From the NCBI GenBank assembly GCA_964605735.1, contig CAZSDS010000001.1:134771-198770 (forward strand): a stretch of DNA of 64,000 bases, given 5' to 3'. The position numbers and the translations under genes were made by a program. The stretch is from an uncultured Candidatus Saccharibacteria bacterium (lineage in GTDB: Bacteria > Patescibacteriota > Doudnabacteria > UBA920 > O2-02-FULL-48-8). Shown one piece after another: positions 56,231 to 64,000 of the stretch (position 1 is the stretch's first letter; each line of letters opens with the position of its first letter). Under the pieces are notes generated by a model. It made no database searches, was not told the origin of the DNA, and was given only the letters and a program-made list of their open reading frames with translations.

Positions 56231-56650
56231 ATGGACTTTGACATTAATTTTTGGGCGGTATTGGTTGCGGGATTGGCCAGCATGGTTACGGGTTTTATCT
56301 GGTACGGCCCGGTTTTCGGGAAAATTTGGGGAAGGGAAATGGGTTTTGATAAACTAACCCAAGACCAGACTGAAAACATGAGAAAAGAAGCCCAGCCTAA
56401 TTACATCCAGCAGCTGGTAGGCGCCATTTTGATGGCTTTTGTATTCGCTCATGTGCTTGAGTCTTTTGATTCCAATTCCATCGCGGATGCGTTGCAGGGG
56501 GCTTTCTGGGTTTGGCTTGGATTTATTGCACCGGTTAAGTACAGTGAGGTGCTCTGGAACAACAAATCATATAAATTGTTTTTCATTGATTCACTGTATT
56601 TCTTGCTGAATCTTGTGGTTTTTGGAATCATCTTCACCCTCTGGAGGTAG
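56231..56650 (+). CDS. DUF1761 membrane protein
   Basis: INFWAVLVA..G.IWY..FG..W, WLGF. Confidence 0.85.
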   Translation: MDFDINFWAVLVAGLASMVTGFIWYGPVFGKIWGREMGFDKLTQDQTENMRKEAQPNYIQQLVGAILMAFVFAHVLESFDSNSIADALQGAFWVWLGFIAPVKYSEVLWNNKSYKLFFIDSLYFLLNLVVFGIIFTLWR

Positions 56651-56719
56651 TTGTGCTCTAATACAGTGGATTAATTCAAGGTAAGCATTAGACTAAACTT
56701 GAAATTAATTCATTTGTTT

Positions 56720-57196
56720 ATGAATCAGTTCACAGCAAAGAAACTTGGAGAAGTGCTGGCTTTTGCCAACATTGGCTTGGAAATTATTGAGAAAGGCAAA
56801 GGCACCCTGACTCGCATCTTGGGTCAGAATTCCGTGGATGCGCTGGCTAAAATGACACAGGAACAGCAGGCAAACATTCAGGAGATTGCAGGGCAGAAAC
56901 AGGTCCTTGATGCTGTTCGGGCAAAATCACAAGGGACTGAAGAGAAACTCCGGCAGATGCAGGATTTGTATTTGCAAAATAAATGGGACGACGAGTCGGA
57001 ACTGCTGGAGTGGTTGGGATTTTTTGAAGGAGCGGCGCTGGTGCATTGGAAGCTTGTAGAAGGCGCAGCACAGCACTCGGATGACAATTACCTGGCCAGG
57101 GTGGTTAACAAGAGCCTGACCATGCATCAGGCGCTGTTGTTTAAGATTTCAGAAGCCATTAAAAGGATTGGGGGGCATAAAGCAATGGCAACGTAG
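56720..57196 (+). CDS. Hypothetical, ferritin-like helical protein
   Basis: KLGEVLAF, W.GFFEGAA..HW. Confidence 0.6.
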   Translation: MNQFTAKKLGEVLAFANIGLEIIEKGKGTLTRILGQNSVDALAKMTQEQQANIQEIAGQKQVLDAVRAKSQGTEEKLRQMQDLYLQNKWDDESELLEWLGFFEGAALVHWKLVEGAAQHSDDNYLARVVNKSLTMHQALLFKISEAIKRIGGHKAMAT

Positions 57197-57221
57197 AAAA
57201 CAATGACAACATAAAAAGATT

Positions 57222-58280
57222 ATGGTAAAGAAATTTATTCTTATTGTTATAGTTTTGGTTTTGGCTTATGCGGCCGGAGTTGGCATAAGCTATTTGATCA
57301 AGAATGATAACGATGGTTCAAAACAAACAAATTCTTCACCGGACCAGTCTGCTCAGGCTGGAGCTGATGATGAAGATCAGGAACAACTGCACCAGTACAC
57401 AATAGAAGCCTTGCGAAACCGCGAGTACGACGGCGGAGAGCTGGTTATTGAGCGCGGTTTGGGGGATCAAGGTTCGTTTAAAACGTATCTGGTGTCATAT
57501 ATGTCCGACGGATTTAAGCTATACGCATTGATGAATGTTCCTGATATGGCAAAGCCTGAAGGGGGTTTCCCTGTGATTATTCTTAACCACGGCTACATTG
57601 AACCGACCGTCTATAGCACCATTACTTCATACCGGTCGTATATGGACGCTTATTCCAGGCAAGGTTTTCTGGTTTTGAAACCTGATTATAGAGGGCATGA
57701 TGATTCAGAGGGCGAGCCAGTTAGTGCGCACATTTCTCCAGATTACACCGTTGACGTATTGAATCTTATAGACGCTGTGAAGACTTACCCGGATGCAAAC
57801 TCTGAAAAAATCGGCATGTGGGGGCACAGCATGGGCGGAGGGATAACCTTAAGGGCGCTTGCCGTCTCAAAGGACATTAAAGCGGCAGCATTGCTTGCCG
57901 GAGTGGTCGCATCACCAGAGCGGTTTTATTCATATTGGCAGATGTTGCAAGGCGATCCGCGGGTACCTTCATGGATCAAAGAAAACGCGCAAAGGACTTT
58001 GGATGAATTTGGCACACCGCAGCAGAATCCAGATCTCTGGCATGCCATTTCCCCTTATTCCTACATAAATGAGTTTAATACCCCTATTCAAATTCACCAC
58101 GGAACGGCAGATCCGGATGTTCCAATTGTTTTCTCTGAAGAATTGGAAATGGCTCTAAAAGAGGCGAATAAACCAGTGGAATATTTTGTGTACCAGGGCG
58201 GTGACCATAACTTGGCAGGTGCAGCGAGATCCCCGGTACTTTCGCGAACTTACCAATTCTATAATCAACACTTAAAATGA
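57222..58280 (+). CDS. Alpha/beta hydrolase (S9-like), membrane anchored
   Basis: NHGY, PDYRGH, GHSMGG, HGTAD, GDH. Confidence 0.88.
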   Translation: MVKKFILIVIVLVLAYAAGVGISYLIKNDNDGSKQTNSSPDQSAQAGADDEDQEQLHQYTIEALRNREYDGGELVIERGLGDQGSFKTYLVSYMSDGFKLYALMNVPDMAKPEGGFPVIILNHGYIEPTVYSTITSYRSYMDAYSRQGFLVLKPDYRGHDDSEGEPVSAHISPDYTVDVLNLIDAVKTYPDANSEKIGMWGHSMGGGITLRALAVSKDIKAAALLAGVVASPERFYSYWQMLQGDPRVPSWIKENAQRTLDEFGTPQQNPDLWHAISPYSYINEFNTPIQIHHGTADPDVPIVFSEELEMALKEANKPVEYFVYQGGDHNLAGAARSPVLSRTYQFYNQHLK

Positions 58281-58376
58281 GACCCGCTTGCAATAGGGTC
58301 TTTTTTGATGAAATAGCTGAAATTAGAAGATCGGCAAAGGATTTGCTATATTGAATAAGTAATTAAACCTTGCCTG

Positions 58377-58979
58377 ATGGAAGACAAAGAACAAAATCTG
58401 GGGAATATAGTTGATTTTCTGTTTGAAATGGGCATTTTGGCGAAAACTCCTCGCAGCGGGTTCTATTTTTTGGGGAGTGGTAACCAGTCAGTGGCCGAGC
58501 ACATTAACAGGGTTTGCTATTTTGGTTTTACGCTTGGGCTTTTGACTCCAGGCGTTGATGCCGGAAAAATTCTGAAAATGTGTCTTCTGCATGATATCTC
58601 TGAAAGCAGAATTTCGGATTTGAATTACGTCCATCAACAGTATACGGAAAGGCACGAGCATAAGGCGGTGCAGGATTTAGCCAGCAAATTGCCGTTTGGT
58701 GATGAAATATTGTCATTGGTGAAAGAATATGAGGCCAGAGAAACTATGGAATCCAGACTGGCAAAGGATGCCGACCGGCTTGAATGGCTTATGGCGCTTA
58801 AGGAGCAATTTGACACTGGCAATGCACGCGCGGCTTCATGGCTACCTTCGGCCTTGAAGAGGATGGATACGGATATTGCAAAAGAGCTCGGCAAAAAAAT
58901 TATCGATACTCCGTCAGACAACTGGTGGTTTTCCAACAAAGAAGATGATTGGTGGATCACACGCGGAAAAAAGAAATAA
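58377..58979 (+). CDS. HD-domain phosphohydrolase (YfbR-like)
   Basis: PRSG, SVAEH, LHD..E, DAD.LE. Confidence 0.85.
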   Translation: MEDKEQNLGNIVDFLFEMGILAKTPRSGFYFLGSGNQSVAEHINRVCYFGFTLGLLTPGVDAGKILKMCLLHDISESRISDLNYVHQQYTERHEHKAVQDLASKLPFGDEILSLVKEYEARETMESRLAKDADRLEWLMALKEQFDTGNARAASWLPSALKRMDTDIAKELGKKIIDTPSDNWWFSNKEDDWWITRGKKK

Positions 58980-58997
58980 AAAATTAACCTGATTCTT

Positions 58998-59285
58998 TTG
59001 AAAAGAAAAGTTTACATTGCAGTTTTTACGCTATTCGGAGCATTGATGGGGTTTTTTCTGCATGCGGTTTTAGAAATACTTGTAATCAAGCTGATGTTGT
59101 CGGATTTCGAAAAATATAGCCTGGGGCTAAGCTGGAATTCGTGGATGATGATACATACAGTTGGCGTAGGGGCGTTGATTGTGGGTTTTTCTGTCTGGGG
59201 GAATATTATGGGCAAACGTTGCTGGAAATATCTTTATATCGACGGCAAATCTAGGTGGGGAAATAAATTAAAAAAGGATTTTTAA
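58998..59285 (+). CDS. Small membrane protein
   Basis: Two TMs; operonic. Confidence 0.6.
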   Translation: MKRKVYIAVFTLFGALMGFFLHAVLEILVIKLMLSDFEKYSLGLSWNSWMMIHTVGVGALIVGFSVWGNIMGKRCWKYLYIDGKSRWGNKLKKDF

Positions 59286-59286
59286 T

Positions 59287-59613
59287 ATGCCAGAAAAACT
59301 GACTGACAAAAAATGTGTTCCATGCGAGGGCGGAGTTCCGCCTTTCGACAAAAAGAAGATTTCTCAATATTTAAAACAACTGCCGAAGGGCTGGATGGTT
59401 GCAGATGACAAGGCGCTGAGAAAAGAGTTTAAGTTCAAATCTTTCCCGGATACGATAGCTTTTGTAAATAAAGTCGCTTTGATTGCGCAGGAGCAGGGGC
59501 ATCATCCGGATTTGGAAGTGCACTACAGCAGGGTACTCGTTGAATTCTCAACACATGCTATTGGCGGGCTCTCAGAAAACGATTTCATCATGGCTGCCAA
59601 AATAGAAAACTAA
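59287..59613 (+). CDS. Pterin-4a-carbinolamine dehydratase
   Basis: C.PCEGG, HHPD, THAIGGLSENDFIMAAKI. Confidence 0.92.
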   Translation: MPEKLTDKKCVPCEGGVPPFDKKKISQYLKQLPKGWMVADDKALRKEFKFKSFPDTIAFVNKVALIAQEQGHHPDLEVHYSRVLVEFSTHAIGGLSENDFIMAAKIEN

Positions 59614-59689
59614 CGTTGGCGAGCAGACCGATAGCTTTACAAAAACGTTATTTTGTGTTACACTATGCTCCTTATAGACGAGGAGGAAC

Positions 59690-59911
59690 ATGGCTATCAA
59701 AGATGGCGTGAAGAGCTTGAGCCTGAGTCGGCTTCGCGAGGTTCAGGCCACGCTCAAGAAGCAAGGTCGAAGAGAAGCCGCAGATTCGTTTTGCGAGCTG
59801 ATCAATCAACTTGAAGATCTCGGCAGGGGTTCGATCGCATATCACGATCTCTCAATGAAACAACAGGAATCCGTTGACTGGGTAGCCAGTTACGGCAATC
59901 GACAGGCGTAG
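59690..59911 (+). CDS. Small ORFan (SD-led cassette)
   Basis: GAGGAGGAAC-ATG; TTTACA-17-TACACT promoter; terminator ~59927-59957. Confidence 0.55.
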   Translation: MAIKDGVKSLSLSRLREVQATLKKQGRREAADSFCELINQLEDLGRGSIAYHDLSMKQQESVDWVASYGNRQA

Positions 59912-60201
59912 CGCCTAACATTTCGGCGGTCCACTTTTCTTGTGGACCGTCTTTTTATTCCTCTTGACTAAGCCTGAGCAAACGTTTACAATGTCCCCAG
60001 TTAAATATTTATATGCACAAATACTCCCAAAAGCATAATATCGGACTTTTTGTATCCCGCATGAATTCGGGTGTTGTTTTGTTTGGGCAATTTTGGCATA
60101 TATGAACTTTCGATAAGCCGAAATAAAAAAGATTGCCCTGGCGAGACAGCACAGGGTTTTTTGTTGTCTCGGTAACAACAAGCCAATGACTAGGAGGAGT
60201 T

Positions 60202-60786
60202 ATGACTGAGAAAATCCCGTACATCCGCGCAGAGAAAACTATTCTCCGGCCAGTATCCGAAAATGATGTTTCCTTGTTTGTGCGCTGGTACAATGATCCA
60301 GAAACTCGTTCTTACTATGGGCACGCGTTCCCAGTTATGGAATATTCTGAGCGGGAGTGGATCAAGAAATGCGCTCTGAATCTGGAGAAGAGGACCGATT
60401 TTACTTTCGTGATAGAAACATTTGAGGGTGAGCCTATCGGCAATATGTCACTGCACAGAGTGGATTTTATGCACCGAAGCGCAACGACCGGGGCTTGCAT
60501 CGCCAATCCTAGTTACCGGAATTCCGGCTACGGGTCCACAACCAAAATGCACCTGCTCAGGTGGGCATTCCATGAATTAAATCTTAACAGAATTAATTCC
60601 AGCGTTTTATCCACCAATCCACGAAGTGTGAAATACAGTGAAAGGTGTGGTTATAGGGTGGAGGGTATAAGGAGGGAAGCACTTTACAAAGACGGCAAGT
60701 ATGTTGATGAGATAGTTTTGGGCTTGCTTCGTAAGGAGTGGGAGCCTCTTTGGGAGCAGTATCAGAAAACAGGTCGTTTGAAGTGA
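60202..60786 (+). CDS. RimJ/RimL-type GNAT N-acetyltransferase
   Basis: LRP, YRNSGYG, FHELNLNRI, NPRS, EG..R. Confidence 0.88.
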   Translation: MTEKIPYIRAEKTILRPVSENDVSLFVRWYNDPETRSYYGHAFPVMEYSEREWIKKCALNLEKRTDFTFVIETFEGEPIGNMSLHRVDFMHRSATTGACIANPSYRNSGYGSTTKMHLLRWAFHELNLNRINSSVLSTNPRSVKYSERCGYRVEGIRREALYKDGKYVDEIVLGLLRKEWEPLWEQYQKTGRLK

Positions 60787-60867
60787 TCATTTAGACGATC
60801 CGCCTAGGTGGATCGTCTTTTTTCTTTTTGCTAGTATTAACGCAAGCTATTTGTCCAATTGATACAT

Positions 60868-61320
60868 ATGAAGAAACTTCTTAATCTTGTTTGTATAATG
60901 GAAGATGATCAGGTTTTGCTGGGAATGAAAAAACGCGGTTTTGGCGTTGGCTGGTGGAATGGTTTTGGCGGTAAGGTTAATGAGGGGGAGGGTATGGAGG
61001 ATTCGGCGATTAGGGAAGTGCAGGAAGAGGTTGGCATAACAGTGAACAAGTTGATTCCCCGAGGCATATTGAATTTTACGTTTGATGATGACGATAAAAC
61101 CCTGGAGGTACATTTGTTCGAAGTCCGTGACTTCTCTGGTGAGCCGGTTGAAAGCGAGGAGATGCTCCCTAAATGGTTCAAGTTTTCAGAACTGCCTTAT
61201 GAAAAAATGTGGGCTGATGACAAATATTGGGTTCCGTTGTTTCTGGCCGGTAAAAACATTAACGCAAATTTTCACTTTGATAAAAACAAGCAGGTAAAAA
61301 CATACAGCATTCAGGATTAA
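60868..61320 (+). CDS. Nudix 8-oxo-dGTPase (MTH1-like)
   Basis: KKRGFG.G.WNGFGGKV..REVQEEVG, ESEEM.P.WF, MWADD. Confidence 0.9.
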   Translation: MKKLLNLVCIMEDDQVLLGMKKRGFGVGWWNGFGGKVNEGEGMEDSAIREVQEEVGITVNKLIPRGILNFTFDDDDKTLEVHLFEVRDFSGEPVESEEMLPKWFKFSELPYEKMWADDKYWVPLFLAGKNINANFHFDKNKQVKTYSIQD

Positions 61321-61323
61321 ACA

Positions 61324-62571
61324 ATGACAAAAAACGTATTAAAAATTATTGGCGCGCTTGTTTTGTTCGGGTTGCTGCTTCTGTTTGCATTCAACTGGGA
61401 TATGTTGAGAGGCGCTCTGCCGGCAATAACAGGTCCGGATGAGAATATTGCCGATATAATCGAAGAAAACAATAATGCCAAACCTGGTGAGAATGCTACC
61501 AACTTCCCATTAAGGTTGCCAGATAACTTCAAAATAGAAATTTTGGCCAAGGATTTGCCGGGAGCTAGGGTTATGGTGTTTGACCCTGTAGGTGATTACT
61601 TGTACGTGAGCCAAACATCACAGGGTAAGATTACGCGTTTGAAAATGAATGGTCCGTCTGTGGTTGAGCAAGAAGGGGTTTTTGATAATTTACGAAGGCC
61701 ACACGGGATAGTTTTTGATACTGATCCGGTTATACAAGGTGTTGAAGCGTTCCAGAAGTTGTATATTGCAGAGGAGCACCAAATCACCACGTGGCTGGTT
61801 GATTCTACTTTGCCTAGGCAGAAAATTGCTGATCTTCCTACTCAGGGAGGTGGACATTTCACACGAACTGTTGAATTTGGTCCGGATGGACGCTTGTATG
61901 TTTCCATAGGTTCATCCTGCAATGTTTGTGATGAAAATGATCCAAGACGCGCCGCTATTTATGTCATGAACAAAGACGGCAGCGGTTTTCAGCAGTATGT
62001 AAAAGGCCTGCGCAATTCAGTTTTCTTCACCTGGAGCGACTTGGACGGCAGCATGTGGGCAACTGAAATGGGCAGGGATAATCTGGGGGACAATACCCCG
62101 CCCGACGAAATTAATGTAATCAAAGAAGGTTCTAATTACGGCTGGCCTATCTGCTACGGACAAAATATTCTCGACACGCAGTTCGACAAAAAAACTTACA
62201 TCCAAAATCCATGCAGTGAACAGGCTGGCACCACAGGCTCCAAAGTGGACCTGCAGGCGCACTCAGCGCCCTTAGGCTTGGATTTTGTGCCTGAGGAGGG
62301 GTGGCCAGAGGATTATTGGTATGACTTGATAGTGGCTTATCACGGCTCCTGGAACCGAACCACCCCCACCGGCTATAAATTAGTCAGAATAAAGCTTGAT
62401 GAAAACGGCAATTACCAGGGAATAGAAGACTTCATAACCGGATGGTTGACCGGCAATTCGGTATTGGGCCGGCCAGTGGATGTCATGATCCAGCCGGGCG
62501 GAGTTATGTACGTGTCTGATGACCATGCAGGCGTTATCTATAAAATTTCACTGACAGTCCCGCCAAGATAA
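61324..62571 (+). CDS. PQQ-dependent sugar/sorbosone dehydrogenase family
   Basis: GSSCNVC, GLRN, PPDEIN, HSAPLG, HGSWNR, GRPVDV, SDD. Confidence 0.88.
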   Translation: MTKNVLKIIGALVLFGLLLLFAFNWDMLRGALPAITGPDENIADIIEENNNAKPGENATNFPLRLPDNFKIEILAKDLPGARVMVFDPVGDYLYVSQTSQGKITRLKMNGPSVVEQEGVFDNLRRPHGIVFDTDPVIQGVEAFQKLYIAEEHQITTWLVDSTLPRQKIADLPTQGGGHFTRTVEFGPDGRLYVSIGSSCNVCDENDPRRAAIYVMNKDGSGFQQYVKGLRNSVFFTWSDLDGSMWATEMGRDNLGDNTPPDEINVIKEGSNYGWPICYGQNILDTQFDKKTYIQNPCSEQAGTTGSKVDLQAHSAPLGLDFVPEEGWPEDYWYDLIVAYHGSWNRTTPTGYKLVRIKLDENGNYQGIEDFITGWLTGNSVLGRPVDVMIQPGGVMYVSDDHAGVIYKISLTVPPR

Positions 62572-62596
62572 CAAAAAAAGCCCGAGAGGGCTTTTT

Positions 62597-64000
62597 TTAT
62601 CGGGCAATATGTATCAACACTTCCTTTTGGGCGATAATTTGGCCGTTTGAATTTTTAGCGACAAAGTTTATTCTGTAAGGACCAGTGCCATTCCATGTCC
62701 AGCCACTGACATCAACCCAGGCGCGTTTATGCGGAGCACCGCTTGAAGAATCATTGAACATTGGATTTAAAGTGTCCCCGTCAACTTGCCAGAACATCGT
62801 GTAACTGTCCAGTCCCGCGTTTTGTAAAATTGACTGGAAAGGTTGGACGCCTGAAACATATGTTCCGTTGGTTGGCCACCAAATTTCAATCTGTCCGGAG
62901 CTTGGCGGCGGATCAGGGTTCGGGGGCGGGGTGGTGGAAGACCTTTTTGTCCATGACACTTTAGCCACGGCGCCGCCACCGTTCTCATAGTACTGGACTT
63001 TCACCAGTTTTGATCCGGCTGTTGTAGCTTTTGCGATGTTGTATGTTGTTGGAGGCTGGTCCACCCACTTGTCCAAAATCAATTCGTTTCCAAGCCACAC
63101 GCGGATTCCGTCATCAGACGTTACTGTAAAATCATAGGTAGCCGAGTCAAAATTGAAATTTCCCTGCCACTGAACACTGAAAGTTTCTGGATCAATGCTT
63201 GGGTCCGGAGAACCGGTACCCCAGTCGAAGTTAATATTGCTGTCAGATCTGGTTATTTTCAGGTCAGTCAGGTCCGGGTTGTTGTAGTAACAGCCTGCGA
63301 AAGCGTTTGTGCCTACATTAGTGCATGCCGGAGGAGGATTTGGGTTTGGGTTGGCTTGGCCAACCGAGAAATTCGCTTGTTCTTTCCAGAGGTGGTTCGG
63401 CGACCAGCCTGGGCCGAATATGCCGATAAAAATTTTGTATGCTCCTGGAGAATTTGGAGTGAACTGTTCAGAGTAGTTTCTGGTTTGGTTTTGGCTGAAA
63501 TTTTGGCCTTCATAAAACTTTTGAAAGACTTTTGCGTTGGATGAATTGTAAATTTCCAGATCAACAATCAAGTTGTTTGTTGAATTTCCAGTATTGGTTA
63601 CGCCAGCGTTGATTGTAACTGGTGAGTTGACAGCAGGGGATGATGGGGAAACTGAAGCTGTCGTGTTCAGGGTTGGCGTGCCGGTTGGAGGTGGGGTTGT
63701 CCCTCCACCTCCCCCTGAGAACCAGTTGGTCATGACTTGTTCAGCTGGTTTGTTTTGAGGAGTAAACCCTATATGTCCGTTTCCACCCGCATTTGGATCA
63801 GTTTCCCAATCCCAGAAACTGACACCAACCATGTAGCTTCTGTTGTTCCAGTACTGGAACAACGCTTCATAGGCATTGGCTTGAGTTTGGCCATTATACT
63901 CGCCGCCTGAATTCCATTCCCAGGGTTGGGTATGGGAACCCGTATAGCTTCTGTATCCAACCTCGCTGAACAGAATTGGTTTGTTCCAGGTTTGGTTCAA
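62597..64000 (-). CDS. Secreted glycoside hydrolase (GH113-like TIM-barrel end) with PA14 domain; 5' truncated
   Basis: KPILFSEVGYRS, FTPQNKPAE, PA14 FDWG.GSP..SDDGIRV..YYENGG. Confidence 0.75.
   Translation of the reverse strand: MNQTWNKPILFSEVGYRSYTGSHTQPWEWNSGGEYNGQTQANAYEALFQYWNNRSYMVGVSFWDWETDPNAGGNGHIGFTPQNKPAEQVMTNWFSGGGGGTTPPPTGTPTLNTTASVSPSSPAVNSPVTINAGVTNTGNSTNNLIVDLEIYNSSNAKVFQKFYEGQNFSQNQTRNYSEQFTPNSPGAYKIFIGIFGPGWSPNHLWKEQANFSVGQANPNPNPPPACTNVGTNAFAGCYYNNPDLTDLKITRSDSNINFDWGTGSPDPSIDPETFSVQWQGNFNFDSATYDFTVTSDDGIRVWLGNELILDKWVDQPPTTYNIAKATTAGSKLVKVQYYENGGGAVAKVSWTKRSSTTPPPNPDPPPSSGQIEIWWPTNGTYVSGVQPFQSILQNAGLDSYTMFWQVDGDTLNPMFNDSSSGAPHKRAWVDVSGWTWNGTGPYRINFVAKNSNGQIIAQKEVLIHIAR

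Noticed and set aside
60000-60160. Guanidine-IV riboswitch upstream of GNAT
   Set aside because: Expected P1 hairpin and loop sequence not recognisable
11898-60830. Recurrent CCCGC...GCGGG hairpins as a REP family
   Set aside because: They sit at gene 3' ends with A/T tails and variable loops; ordinary intrinsic terminators

Overview
This window looks like chromosome from a Patescibacteria (CPR, Parcubacteria-like) bacterium using the standard code. The taxonomy is inferred from gene content: C-Ala-less AlaRS, cupin-type PGI, a baseplate-J-like membrane protein, a VirD4-like ATPase pair and a sigma-r4/HARE-HTH protein. Core genes include the infA-rpmJ-rpsM-rpsK-rpsD-rpoA-rplQ-rplM-rpsI operon, typA, rnpB, a glycosyltransferase-murG-murC cluster, hpf, secA, secDF, mnmA, ppa and tRNA-Gln. 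No CRISPR, integrase, transposase or reverse transcriptase was seen. The most unusual signals are: (1) two ~520-570 nt hairpin-rich, apparently non-coding units bounded by a promoter and a terminator (3850-4410 minus, 25798-26405 plus), which share an identical 14-bp palindrome exactly 18 bp upstream of their -35 boxes; (2) a scattered class of ORFan cassettes with a strong (A)GGAGG Shine-Dalgarno and usually their own sigma70 promoter, in a genome whose core genes mostly lack SD; (3) infA apparently starting at ATC; (4) further unassigned structured RNAs upstream of rnpB and between infA and rpmJ. All family calls come from motif recognition by eye, not database searches.
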